Part shown: in pieces, positions 9,346-18,213 of the stretch | How positions within the stretch are numbered: position 1 is the stretch's first letter | Layout: the number at the start of each line of letters is the position of its first letter | Source of the DNA: an uncultured Pseudomonadales bacterium | GTDB taxonomy: Bacteria; Pseudomonadota; Gammaproteobacteria; Pseudomonadales; Azotimanducaceae | Direction of reading: 5' to 3' | DNA: 64,000 nt | NCBI GenBank assembly: GCA_938084225.1 | Contig: CALKDT010000030.1 | Coordinates: forward strand, 24,550-88,549 | The notes under the pieces: generated by a model | Told to the model about the DNA's origin: nothing | Database searches by the model: none | Seen by the model: the letters and a program-made list of their open reading frames with translations, nothing else | Made by a program: the position numbers and the translations under genes

Positions 9346-10527
9346 ATGTTGCGAGTCGGTGCAGCCGTATTTCTGCTAGCAGTCTCTACTAACGCGCTGG
9401 CAGAGATCAACCTCTCGGGATACCTAAAGTCATTCGTGGTCGCTCAGGACGAACTCGACAACCCAGTTTTGCAGTTTGACAAGCTCTACCAGTCTCAGAA
9501 CAGTGCGCGCATCATGCTGGATGGCTTTTCTGGCCGTATAACCTGGCAGTTGCATTATGAGCTAAGCCCCGTGTTTGTTTCGAAATCGCTGGCGACCGAG
9601 CTACCAACTTTTAATGTGGTCGGTGACAACTACCGCCTGACCGACCCAGAGTCCAACCTGCTTGATGATGACAATAAAAACCAGCTATACCAGAACCTGG
9701 ACCGCCTCAATTTCCAGGTTCAAATGGAAGCAGGTGACCTCACCATCGGCAGGCAAGCGATCTCGTTTGGCTCGGCGAGGATTATTAGTCCAACAGACAT
9801 TTTTCTGCCATTTGATGTCCGCACCTTCAACACAGAATATCGCAACGGCGTGGATGCGGTGCGGTTTCAGCGCCCCTGGGGTGACCTTGGAGAAATTGAT
9901 ATCGGGATCGTTCTGGGCAAAGACGCAAAAAGCGAGAACTCGGCAGCGTTCCTGCAGCTTCGCACCAATTATAAGGGCGCAGACTATCACCTTGCGATAA
10001 TAGAGTTTGCGGCACAACAACTCACTGGACTCGGGTTACAGACAGCGATATGGGATCTAGGGTTCTGGCTGGAAGCAGCCTACGTCAACGGCGACAAAAA
10101 CTACCTCAGGCTCTCTACAGGGGTGGACTACTCGTTCAGCGAAAATACCTTCGCTCAGATCGAATATCATTATAACGGCGCCGGCAGTGACGATCATAAG
10201 GATTATTTTTCTAATCTCAGCTCTACGCCGTATCAACGCGGTGGCGTATTTCTTCTAGGTGAAAACTATATTATGCCAAGTTTCACCGTCCAGCTTTCAT
10301 CACTTTGGTTTGTTGCAACGCAGGCCATCTATAATCTTGACGATAATTCTGCATTTTTGTCTCTTTCTTCGGAGTACAACATCGCCCAAAATTTCTATAT
10401 GGATTTCGGCTATTACCACTTTTTTGGGGATGATTTTTCTCTTACGGAAGACCAACTACCCGAGTTCAATTCAGAATACGGCCCTAATCCTGACACTTTT
10501 TTTGCCAGTATCAGGTATTATTTTTGA
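9346..10527 (+). CDS. Putative outer-membrane beta-barrel protein (unknown family)
   Basis: The ATG at 9346 was chosen over the track start at 9250, because it lies 1 nt after the ATPase stop and gives a signal peptide (MLRVGAAVFLLAVSTNALA/E). The protein is rich in Y/G/N/D with alternating hydrophobic strands and ends ...SIRYYF, an aromatic C-terminus typical of OMPs. Confidence 0.5.
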   Translation: MLRVGAAVFLLAVSTNALAEINLSGYLKSFVVAQDELDNPVLQFDKLYQSQNSARIMLDGFSGRITWQLHYELSPVFVSKSLATELPTFNVVGDNYRLTDPESNLLDDDNKNQLYQNLDRLNFQVQMEAGDLTIGRQAISFGSARIISPTDIFLPFDVRTFNTEYRNGVDAVRFQRPWGDLGEIDIGIVLGKDAKSENSAAFLQLRTNYKGADYHLAIIEFAAQQLTGLGLQTAIWDLGFWLEAAYVNGDKNYLRLSTGVDYSFSENTFAQIEYHYNGAGSDDHKDYFSNLSSTPYQRGGVFLLGENYIMPSFTVQLSSLWFVATQAIYNLDDNSAFLSLSSEYNIAQNFYMDFGYYHFFGDDFSLTEDQLPEFNSEYGPNPDTFFASIRYYF

Positions 10528-10549
10528 ACCTAGGGGACATAGATTAAGC

Positions 10550-11386
10550 ATGACGAATTATCTAAACGAGAAAGTCATTGTGGTCACTGGCGCAGCCGGT
10601 GGCTTCGGCCAATTGGTTTGCGAAAAAACCGCCGCGCTTGGCGCAAGGGTCATCGCAGCAGACATTAACTCAGCCGGGCTGGCGGAAGTGGTTGATGGAA
10701 TAATGAGCAACGGCGGCCAGGCGATCGCCGTCAAGACTGATGTCACTAACCGTGAAGATATGCATAACCTCGCGAGCGCGGCGGTTGATCACTTTGGTCG
10801 GATCGATGTGATGCTTAACAATGCAGGTATCATGCCTCTTGCCTTTTATTCGGATCACAAGGCTGCAGCCGACGCCTGGGAAAGATGTATCGATATCAAC
10901 TTCAAGGGGGTACTCAATGGCATTGCTGCAGTTCATGATCAAATGATCAAGCAGGGACGGGGGCATGTTGTCAACATCGCTTCGATCTACGGAAACTACC
11001 CGAGCGCTGGCGGTGGTGTATATGGCGCCACTAAAGCCGCGGTCGTCTTCCTGTCAGAATCTTTGAGGATGGAATCACAGGGGAAGATTAAAGTCACCAC
11101 CGTGCGGCCTACGGGTGTACCGGCTACAGGCCTGGGCTCGGGCATTGTGAATCCGGAAGCGGTGAGCGGCTTGCTCGGCAGCAACACTGCCGCTTATCTA
11201 TCCAAGTTTGAAGCAGCAGCGGCAGGGCAACTTCCGGCATCGCATCTTGATATCAATGACATAGAGTACTTTGCTCTGGATCCCTCTTCGTTAGCAGACC
11301 AAATTGTACATACCATCAACCAGCCCTGGGGCGTCGCGATCACCGACATCACCGTCCGCGCATCCGGTGACGGTTATATCCTATAG
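10550..11386 (+). CDS. SDR family oxidoreductase
   Basis: The internal ATG at 10550 gives MTNYLNEKVIVVTGAAGGFG (TGxxxGxG), plus NNAG and YGATK motifs. The track's 97-aa N-terminal extension overlaps the previous gene and looks non-coding. Confidence 0.85.
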   Translation: MTNYLNEKVIVVTGAAGGFGQLVCEKTAALGARVIAADINSAGLAEVVDGIMSNGGQAIAVKTDVTNREDMHNLASAAVDHFGRIDVMLNNAGIMPLAFYSDHKAAADAWERCIDINFKGVLNGIAAVHDQMIKQGRGHVVNIASIYGNYPSAGGGVYGATKAAVVFLSESLRMESQGKIKVTTVRPTGVPATGLGSGIVNPEAVSGLLGSNTAAYLSKFEAAAAGQLPASHLDINDIEYFALDPSSLADQIVHTINQPWGVAITDITVRASGDGYIL

Positions 11387-11387
11387 A

Positions 11388-11783
11388 TCAAAGCGCTGAC
11401 CCCATCGCGCCGATAGCCATGATAGCAATCAGCACAAAGGTTCCCTGAGCTCCTATCAATCTGGGATAGTTAGCGCCTGGGTAAGTCCCCAGTCCAAAAG
11501 CGTGCAAAAGTCGCATCGTAAGCAGTGACAATCCAAACCCGTGCAAAAGAAGCGGCGACGTACCCTGAATTTCAAGGACCAACAGTAACAACAACGCAAT
11601 CGGTACATTCTCAATGAAGTTAGCCTGTACACGCAACGCCGCGTCTGGTTGCCAGGCAGGGACCTTCCCCGTGCGCAACCGGGCGTACAGGACGAAGTTC
11701 GCGAGTACGACCGCCAGTAAGGCATGCAAGCCAACATACAGCGCAGTCATTGGAATCAACCCTGACATCTCATGAATACTCAT
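11388..11783 (-). CDS. MAPEG family membrane protein
   Basis: About 131 aa and hydrophobic, with RVQANFIENVPIALLLL and a LLHAFG-type MAPEG pattern. The ATG at 11783 overlaps the TGA of the upstream small ORF (ATGA). Confidence 0.7.
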   Translation of the reverse strand: MSIHEMSGLIPMTALYVGLHALLAVVLANFVLYARLRTGKVPAWQPDAALRVQANFIENVPIALLLLLVLEIQGTSPLLLHGFGLSLLTMRLLHAFGLGTYPGANYPRLIGAQGTFVLIAIMAIGAMGSAL

Positions 11784-12007
11784 TGCAGGCTTCCCCACAC
11801 GACAAAGCCTAACCCCGCAAGGGTAAGCACGCCCCCGATGTAACTGTACTGGTCCAGCCAGAACAGTCCGAACGCTTCCGGTGTTCCTTTTTCAGCAGTG
11901 GATGGCTCCCCAGACGAGAAAGCACGAGGCAATCCGCCAACCCACAAAATTAACAGGCCATGAAACGCCATTCCCAAACCTGTCGCGACTATCCAGAACT
12001 CAGACAT
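11780..12007 (-). CDS. Small two-TM membrane protein, unknown function
   Basis: 75 aa with two hydrophobic helices. It has an ATGA stop/start overlap with the MAPEG gene. No recognisable family. Confidence 0.4.
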   Translation of the reverse strand: MSEFWIVATGLGMAFHGLLILWVGGLPRAFSSGEPSTAEKGTPEAFGLFWLDQYSYIGGVLTLAGLGFVVWGSLQ

Positions 12008-12040
12008 TTAGATCCCCTTATTTTTATTGTTAGATTGGCA

Positions 12041-12682
12041 CTAGGGTTCAATAACAACTTCTTCTTTTGCCATAAAAAGCGAAACGCTTGCAAGGTCGAC
12101 AAAATTGGCAGCATCGCTACCCTGATCTTCCCGCATCTGTCTGGAGTCGATCGCGCGTCCAGCAGCGTCCATATCGAGCCACGAAATTTCTGTAATACCA
12201 TCGTAAACGCAGTTTAATGTTTTGTTTGAAACTGAGCTTTTGTGAAGCTGCACATAACTTAGCGCCTCTTGTGTCAGCGCAGCAATCGGGCCATGGGTGT
12301 GCCACCAGTGATGTTGAAATTCCTCCAGTGTCATGCCCGGCTTCTTACGGAAGGGGTAGACGCCTTTTACTCTATCAGCCGAAATATACTCTGCAGTCCT
12401 AACGACCACACGCTCCATACCGCACAGACAAGATTGAACCCCTGCGCCCTGGGCAAGCATGCTGCCGATACCGGTCACACAAGCTCCTAAGGCTGCAGAC
12501 GAGTCATCAAACCACAACTCTGCTGAACCGGAGAACTCAGGTTCAGCCGCGCTCGGAAGCGCTCTGGCCTGAACGTAGCCCTTAATCTTCGGAAACACCG
12601 CTCGAATCGCATCCTCGGCATCACGACCTTTCAATCGAAAAGGGTCTTCACCAGCGTTTATCAAGAAACACGTTTTATACAT
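12041..12682 (-). CDS. EthD domain-containing protein
   Basis: 213 aa. The C-terminal half carries an EthD-like start (GMTLEEFQHHWWHTHGPIA). The N-terminal half looks like a second, degenerate copy. Confidence 0.55.
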   Translation of the reverse strand: MYKTCFLINAGEDPFRLKGRDAEDAIRAVFPKIKGYVQARALPSAAEPEFSGSAELWFDDSSAALGACVTGIGSMLAQGAGVQSCLCGMERVVVRTAEYISADRVKGVYPFRKKPGMTLEEFQHHWWHTHGPIAALTQEALSYVQLHKSSVSNKTLNCVYDGITEISWLDMDAAGRAIDSRQMREDQGSDAANFVDLASVSLFMAKEEVVIEP

Positions 12683-12917
12683 GCCGATCCCTATAAGAAA
12701 AGTTGTACCGCTACTCGCGCTGTTACCAGGTCCTCCATCGCCATCCCAATTGGATAACCGCTCGGTTACCGTTTAACCATAAACGATCTCCGTCTGCAAA
12801 CACCTTTTTATTTATCATACATTGACTTGTTCTACGTATCGCCTGTCGCGTCCGTTCTTAATATCCCGATCACTCACCCCTAATAGGGTCGCAATGCCCA
12901 GTCTGTCGCGCGTTGGG

Positions 12918-13343
12918 TCAAGTCACAAAGCGCCGGGCAACATCCTCAGAGGGGGTCATGCATAGATCGCGCTTTCCAAACAACGCGTATCGATGCTTGG
13001 CCAATAAGGCATAGAACCAATCTCTTAACCCGGAAGGAACCAGACGCAGAATCTGGAGATAACGCCAACCACCCGTCAACTGCGATGCTATCTCTAACGC
13101 TGCATCAGACCGGTAAAAACACTCATTCCCCTTAATCAACACAAACGTTTCATCAAACGATTCCTGGATTTTGTGCCGACGTGCAAACTTACCAGCAATC
13201 TCACTCTGGCTTGGTGTAAACAGAAATCTTGCTTGCGGATCACGCTTGATAATGAAGTTCACTGCACCATTGCATAGGTTGCAGGTCCCATCAAAGATCA
13301 CAACACTGGCATGCTCATGCCCGGCTGTCATGCGTTTCCCCAA
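12918..13343 (-). CDS. DCC-family thiol-disulfide oxidoreductase (DUF393)
   Basis: 141 aa with VIFDGTCNLCNGAVNFIIKRD, the DxxCxxC motif of DCC1-like proteins. Confidence 0.75.
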   Translation of the reverse strand: MGKRMTAGHEHASVVIFDGTCNLCNGAVNFIIKRDPQARFLFTPSQSEIAGKFARRHKIQESFDETFVLIKGNECFYRSDAALEIASQLTGGWRYLQILRLVPSGLRDWFYALLAKHRYALFGKRDLCMTPSEDVARRFVT

Positions 13344-13531
13344 GCGCCATATCGTTCAGCGCCTCTTTCAGGCAATAAGCATCCCACCGTTTTGCTCATT
13401 GGCTGACGCTCTAAAACCATTTTAATTTCCTCAAATAGAGGCTCTGAAAAACACAGATTAAGCCCATCCAATAAGGTCTGATGAACCTTGGAAAGTTCAT
13501 TGCCGAACTCAGCAACATTAAAACTTCGCAT
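13328..13531 (-). CDS. Hypothetical small protein
   Basis: 67-aa ORF overlapping the DCC gene start by 16 nt. It has no recognisable motif. Only its position supports it. Confidence 0.2.
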   Translation of the reverse strand: MRSFNVAEFGNELSKVHQTLLDGLNLCFSEPLFEEIKMVLERQPMSKTVGCLLPERGAERYGAWGNA

Positions 13532-13545
13532 GGCCTTGGCTACTT

Positions 13546-13572
13546 GACCGACCTTACGACCGACCTTGCGAC
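13546..13572. repeat. 12-bp direct repeat GACCGACCTT(A/G)C x2.25
   Basis: Read directly: gaccgaccttac gaccgaccttgc gac. Confidence 0.8.
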
Positions 13573-13995
13573 TGTTCTAACCACTACGGGACGATCCACA
13601 TCAAAAATTCCGAGCGTGAAGACTAAAAAAACACTGTCTGTTATGGCTTAGCTTTGCGGCCCATGAGCCTCTGAATACCCCGCTAGTTAGTCGTTTTTTT
13701 GCGCTCGCAACTCACCCTCAGCATCAACGCAAATGAGTCCTCACCGTTGAAGGGTAAACGGACTGAATAACGTTGTTCTGGTATGAAAAACATCAACCCA
13801 TATTCCCCACACGCTAGGCGCGAGAAACTAGAGCAGAACTTCTGGTTCAATCAGTTGGCTGAACATCGCAAACACTACTATCTGCAGCCAGAACTCAGGT
13901 TTTGTCGCTAGGATTATAAAAGCAAGCCCTTTCGCCAGTATGCAGCAGGACCAAGTGACCGGCATTAGTATTCGAAAGAAACAACATACTATCGT

Positions 13996-14313
13996 TTAGG
14001 CGTCTCTAGAGGCCAAAACCCTCGCCAACCCTTGATGTAAAAGACCTTTTAAAGATCTTTGGTAAAGCAACACTGAGAAAAGCCCCCCCAGACCAACCCA
14101 AACAGGCATAAATGCCATTCCTGTGTAGCGAGAAGCCATCGCCACGACAATAAAGCTACCTAGTATCGTAAGCACCAAATAAAGCGCTGCTCGGCCGCCT
14201 AGCCTGAGTTCAGTAAAGGCGGCGTAACGGGCCTGCTCAAGAATTTCGAGTTGATCCTGCTCACTCAGAGCGCGTATTTCTTCAAAGCTTCCTACAAAGT
14301 TGCTGGTGTTCAT
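13996..14313 (-). CDS. Hypothetical membrane protein
   Basis: 105 aa with an acidic N-terminal segment followed by two clear hydrophobic helices. No family recognised. Confidence 0.45.
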   Translation of the reverse strand: MNTSNFVGSFEEIRALSEQDQLEILEQARYAAFTELRLGGRAALYLVLTILGSFIVVAMASRYTGMAFMPVWVGLGGLFSVLLYQRSLKGLLHQGLARVLASRDA

Positions 14314-14638
14314 TGCGGAGGTGTGCCCCTATTGTTTCGAGTGGTGGTTTCGCTATTTAAACAAGCGCGTTCTTAGTATTTTATCAATCGCTGCGTTAAC
14401 ACGTGATCCGTCGTGTTCGAAAAACCTTCCTAGTATCCCGACTTCGCTTTCGGTTTCCCATCAACAATAACTGAACAGAAAGTCTTTTCGTGTGATGTGA
14501 GGTCTGTAAAAAAAGCGTGCTGGCTTATCACAATCCACTGCTACCCGTTCGAAAGCTAACTCGGCCGTTACCTGGGCTTGAACAAACCCGTAGTTAAAAT
14601 CACCACAGCATCAAGCGCCGGCATGGCGCGCTGCGCGT

Positions 14639-15952
14639 TCAAACGGACGTCCCTGCAAGCTGATCTTTGGCCACAAGATCCTCACGCAACGTGCGCGACG
14701 CGAGATAATAATGCAAAGCTGACCAGATGTTTCCAGCAACAGCAAGGATTAACAGCGAGTAACGAATGGATTCTTCACCATAGCCTGGCCTTAAGGTGTC
14801 GGACAAGAACCCCGCGAAGACAGGACCAAGGCCAAGGCCTATCAAATTTAATACGAACAATAGAATCGCTGAGGCGGTAGAACGCATAGCCGGCGGCACC
14901 AAGGTTTGTGTCATTGCAAAGGTTGGGCCCAAATACATTGGTCCAAGGATGGCGCCAGGAATGGCCAGGACTATCGCCAGCATGGGATCGCCGGTGGTAT
15001 AAAAAAACACCGCGAAAGGCACACTGAGCATGGTGGCAATACCAGGTACGCCCATGTACCAGCGCTTATCCTTCTTACCCATCCGATCGCCAAGATAACC
15101 ACCCAGATAGGTGCCGATCATCCCGGTGAGCCCGATCAAAAAAAGGTAGGTGGACGTTTCGGCCAGCCCAAACCCATGCACGCGCATAAAAAAAGCGGGA
15201 ATGAACAGGCCGACGCCGTATCCCACGAAAGCATGCAACGCACCGGCAAACGATAAATGCCGAAAGGCCTTCAGGCCCCATAAAAACTTAATCGTGTCCG
15301 CCAGGGGGACAAGATCTTTTTGTACCTTCACGTGGTCCGGTTCAGAATGACCACGGGACGGTTCTCTAACAGTGAAAAACACCACAATGGCGACGATGAT
15401 GCCAGGCATCCCCACCACCATAAACGCCATGCGCCAACCAAAGTACTCCCCTATCCAGCCACCAACAAGCGTGCCAATGGCCGCGCCAATGGGAATGCCA
15501 AGGGCATAGGTCGAGAGCGCCGTTCCACGTTCTTCCTCAGGATACATGTCAGAAATCAATGAATGAATTGGCGGCGAGCAACCTGCTTCACCAATACCGA
15601 CACCAACCCTTGCAATTAACAAGGTACCGAAACCTTTGGCAGTGGATGTGAACATGGTCATCACGCTCCAAATCACCAGCGCCAACGCTACAATGTTTTT
15701 GCGAACACCTACATCTGCCCAACGAGCGATTGGTATGCCTGCAAAGGTATAGAAAATAGCAAACGCAATACCCCCAAGCAGACCTAACTGCGTATCCGAT
15801 AAATCGATTTCCAGTCGAATCGGTTCGATCAGAATGGCAAAAATCTGTCGATCGACAAAATTGATAACGTATACCAATAGGAACAGAGACAGCGCATAGC
15901 GGCGATAGGACGGTGTTATCCCTGCTGCTTTTTCTTCTTCGGTCGGGCTCAA
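14639..15952 (-). CDS. MFS transporter
   Basis: 437 aa with about 12 predicted hydrophobic segments and an MFS loop motif (FVDRQ, ARWADVGVRKN). The only in-frame start is TTG at 15952, with GGAG upstream. Confidence 0.85.
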   Translation of the reverse strand: MSPTEEEKAAGITPSYRRYALSLFLLVYVINFVDRQIFAILIEPIRLEIDLSDTQLGLLGGIAFAIFYTFAGIPIARWADVGVRKNIVALALVIWSVMTMFTSTAKGFGTLLIARVGVGIGEAGCSPPIHSLISDMYPEEERGTALSTYALGIPIGAAIGTLVGGWIGEYFGWRMAFMVVGMPGIIVAIVVFFTVREPSRGHSEPDHVKVQKDLVPLADTIKFLWGLKAFRHLSFAGALHAFVGYGVGLFIPAFFMRVHGFGLAETSTYLFLIGLTGMIGTYLGGYLGDRMGKKDKRWYMGVPGIATMLSVPFAVFFYTTGDPMLAIVLAIPGAILGPMYLGPTFAMTQTLVPPAMRSTASAILLFVLNLIGLGLGPVFAGFLSDTLRPGYGEESIRYSLLILAVAGNIWSALHYYLASRTLREDLVAKDQLAGTSV

Positions 15953-16076
15953 ATTCTAATCAACTCCACATCGTCGGGGGCACATCGCAAACCGCACTCA
16001 ACACTACTAGCATGGACTCCACTATAACGCTATCTTAACGCGACTGATTTAGACGTTAAACAAACGGGATAAGCCA

Positions 16077-17177
16077 TTGAGCAACATAGAAAACTCGATA
16101 AAGGTAGCAGTCGTCGGCGCGAGCGGTGTCGTTGGCCGCGCGTTGGTTGAACATCTAATGCTGAGTGAGATACCGGTGGTGGGCCTGTCTCGCCGCCCAC
16201 CCGCCGACCTTGCTGATGCAGCGTTCCAACCACTCGATCTAAACAGTCAAACTGAATGCGAACAGATGGCGGAATCGACGCTTTCGGACGCAACCCATTT
16301 GGTCTATGCGGCGCTTTTCGAGAAGCCTGGCCTGATATCTGGCTGGCAAGAACAAGACCAGATGCAAACCAATCTCGCGATGCTCCGAAATCTTCTCGAT
16401 CCACTAAAAGGCAGCGGTAAACTGCGGCATGTCACCTTGCTGCAGGGCACAAAGGCCTATGGCGCACATGTCGAACCCATGAAGATACCGGGGGTTGAAA
16501 GCGATCCACGTCATCTTCATGAGAATTTTTACTGGCTGCAAGAAGATTACCTGCGCGATCTATGCCGCGATACAGACCTGCAATTTACAATCTGGCGCCC
16601 ACAGGTGATATTTGGACACGCATTGCATGCTCCTATGAATATGCTGGCAGCCGTCGGCGTGTACGCCGCGCTGCAAAAATCCGAGGGCTTACCCCTGACC
16701 TATACGGGCGGCAGTTCCGGCGTTTCTGAAGCCATTGATGCCGACTTATTGGCAAGGGCAATCAGTTTCAGTTTCGATAACAGCGCCTTTACCAACCAGA
16801 CATTTAACATTACCAACGGTGATGTCTTCCGTTGGCAGGACACTTGGCCAGCCCTTGCGGAAATATTTGGTATGGAAACCGGCGAGCCTGTCAGGCGGCT
16901 TTTATCAGAATCACTCTATGAAAAGGAAGACAATTGGTCACGGCTAGTCACCCAGCACGGTCTTAGACCTCATACAATTCGCGAACTGGTCGGCGATTCT
17001 TTCTTTTATGCAGATGCGATGTTCAACGCTTACGGCCATACAGCCCCGCCACCAGCGATCCTAAGCACTATTAAGCTTCGCAACGCCGGGTTCACGGAAT
17101 GCGTTGATACAACCGATATGCTGTCACGATGGTTTCACAAGCTGGAACAAATGAAAATTCTGCCACCGCTTCGTTAA
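16077..17177 (+). CDS. NAD-dependent epimerase/dehydratase-type extended SDR (PRISE-like)
   Basis: 366 aa with VAVVGASGVVGRALVEHL (Rossmann GxxGxxG). It has a TTG start and no upstream ATG in frame. Confidence 0.7.
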   Translation: MSNIENSIKVAVVGASGVVGRALVEHLMLSEIPVVGLSRRPPADLADAAFQPLDLNSQTECEQMAESTLSDATHLVYAALFEKPGLISGWQEQDQMQTNLAMLRNLLDPLKGSGKLRHVTLLQGTKAYGAHVEPMKIPGVESDPRHLHENFYWLQEDYLRDLCRDTDLQFTIWRPQVIFGHALHAPMNMLAAVGVYAALQKSEGLPLTYTGGSSGVSEAIDADLLARAISFSFDNSAFTNQTFNITNGDVFRWQDTWPALAEIFGMETGEPVRRLLSESLYEKEDNWSRLVTQHGLRPHTIRELVGDSFFYADAMFNAYGHTAPPPAILSTIKLRNAGFTECVDTTDMLSRWFHKLEQMKILPPLR

Positions 17178-17181
17178 ATTT

Positions 17182-17670
17182 TTAGATGCCTGATTTCCCA
17201 TAGATACTTGATGGTCCGGGACCCTCGGGACCCAACCTTCCTTCGCCACCGAAATGGCCTTTTCCTGGAACATAGTTCACCTCCACACGTATACCGTCGG
17301 GATCTTCAAATAGGATCGAATAATAACCCGGCGCGAAATGCGACCCGTCCTCAGGGCCGTGGATGATGTTGGCATCTACCTCTTTTTCAATAAAACCGGC
17401 AATGGCATCAACATCTTCCTTCGCCCTGGCGCGAAAGCAAAAGTGGTGCAAACCGCTAGTATCCTGATCGAAGCGTACACTTTTTTTATCTTCCGGTGCC
17501 TCGCGAATCAAAATACCCGTTCGACTACCAATGCAATAAAGCGTCGTGTCATTCTTAACAAGGGTCTTCATTTCCAAAAAATGACACAATTTCTCCCAAA
17601 AAGGCAGACAACGATCAATATCGTTGACCGTCATCTGAATATGCGCAATACCATTTAGTTCAACAGTCAT
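17182..17670 (-). CDS. VOC family protein (glyoxalase/bleomycin resistance/extradiol dioxygenase fold)
   Basis: 162 aa with GIAHIQMTVNDIDR ... GLHHFCF ... YSILFEDPDGIRVE, the typical VOC repeat pattern. Confidence 0.8.
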   Translation of the reverse strand: MTVELNGIAHIQMTVNDIDRCLPFWEKLCHFLEMKTLVKNDTTLYCIGSRTGILIREAPEDKKSVRFDQDTSGLHHFCFRARAKEDVDAIAGFIEKEVDANIIHGPEDGSHFAPGYYSILFEDPDGIRVEVNYVPGKGHFGGEGRLGPEGPGPSSIYGKSGI

Positions 17671-17673
17671 CGT

Positions 17674-18117
17674 CTATACCTCTTTCTCTGGTCGCCGAAT
17701 CCAGCGACTGCTTGATGCAAAATCTTCCATCGGACCGCCCGATTTACGCCATCCATTAAAGCCCAGCTCGAGGTGAGCTACATTTTTAAAGCCCATTGCT
17801 TTCAGGTCTCTTGCGGCACAGGCTGAACGCCCACCGCCAGCACAAAAGGCCACTATGCGAGCATCTTCCTTAAAATAGTCCCGGAAGTAAGGACTGGCAG
17901 GACTGGCCCAGAATTCCATCATGCCCCTGGCGACATGCACTGCACCAGGAATCGTCCCAAGCGCTACCAGCTCTTGAATTTCCCGGATATCAATGAGCAG
18001 CAAGTCAGGGTTCTCGGAAATCTCATCTTTCAGTTCATCTATCGAAAGGTTCTCTAGACCTTTCTTGATTTCTTCTACTTCTGCAAAAATGTCAACAATC
18101 GCCAATGATGGCTCCAT
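17674..18117 (-). CDS. Rhodanese-like domain protein
   Basis: 147 aa with LLLIDIRE ... active-site loop FCAGGGRS ... GFNGW. Confidence 0.8.
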   Translation of the reverse strand: MEPSLAIVDIFAEVEEIKKGLENLSIDELKDEISENPDLLLIDIREIQELVALGTIPGAVHVARGMMEFWASPASPYFRDYFKEDARIVAFCAGGGRSACAARDLKAMGFKNVAHLELGFNGWRKSGGPMEDFASSSRWIRRPEKEV

Positions 18118-18213
18118 TTCAAAATCAAAATTTCAATGCGGCCATCATGGACATTCAATTTTCCTGTGTCCAGAAACGTTTTAACTGGTTACTCACTGGC
18201 ATAGAATGACTTA

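Noticed and set aside
13541-13610. Possible tRNA or tRNA fragment (an AGTGGTTAGAAC-like D-loop on the minus strand)
   Set aside because: I could not fold it into a cloverleaf. The D-stem arms are not complementary, there is no T-loop GTTCGAATC-type sequence and no acceptor pairing.
13783-13911. 42-aa basic ORF in the gene-poor gap
   Set aside because: It has no convincing SD and no motif, and it is too short to judge from sequence alone.
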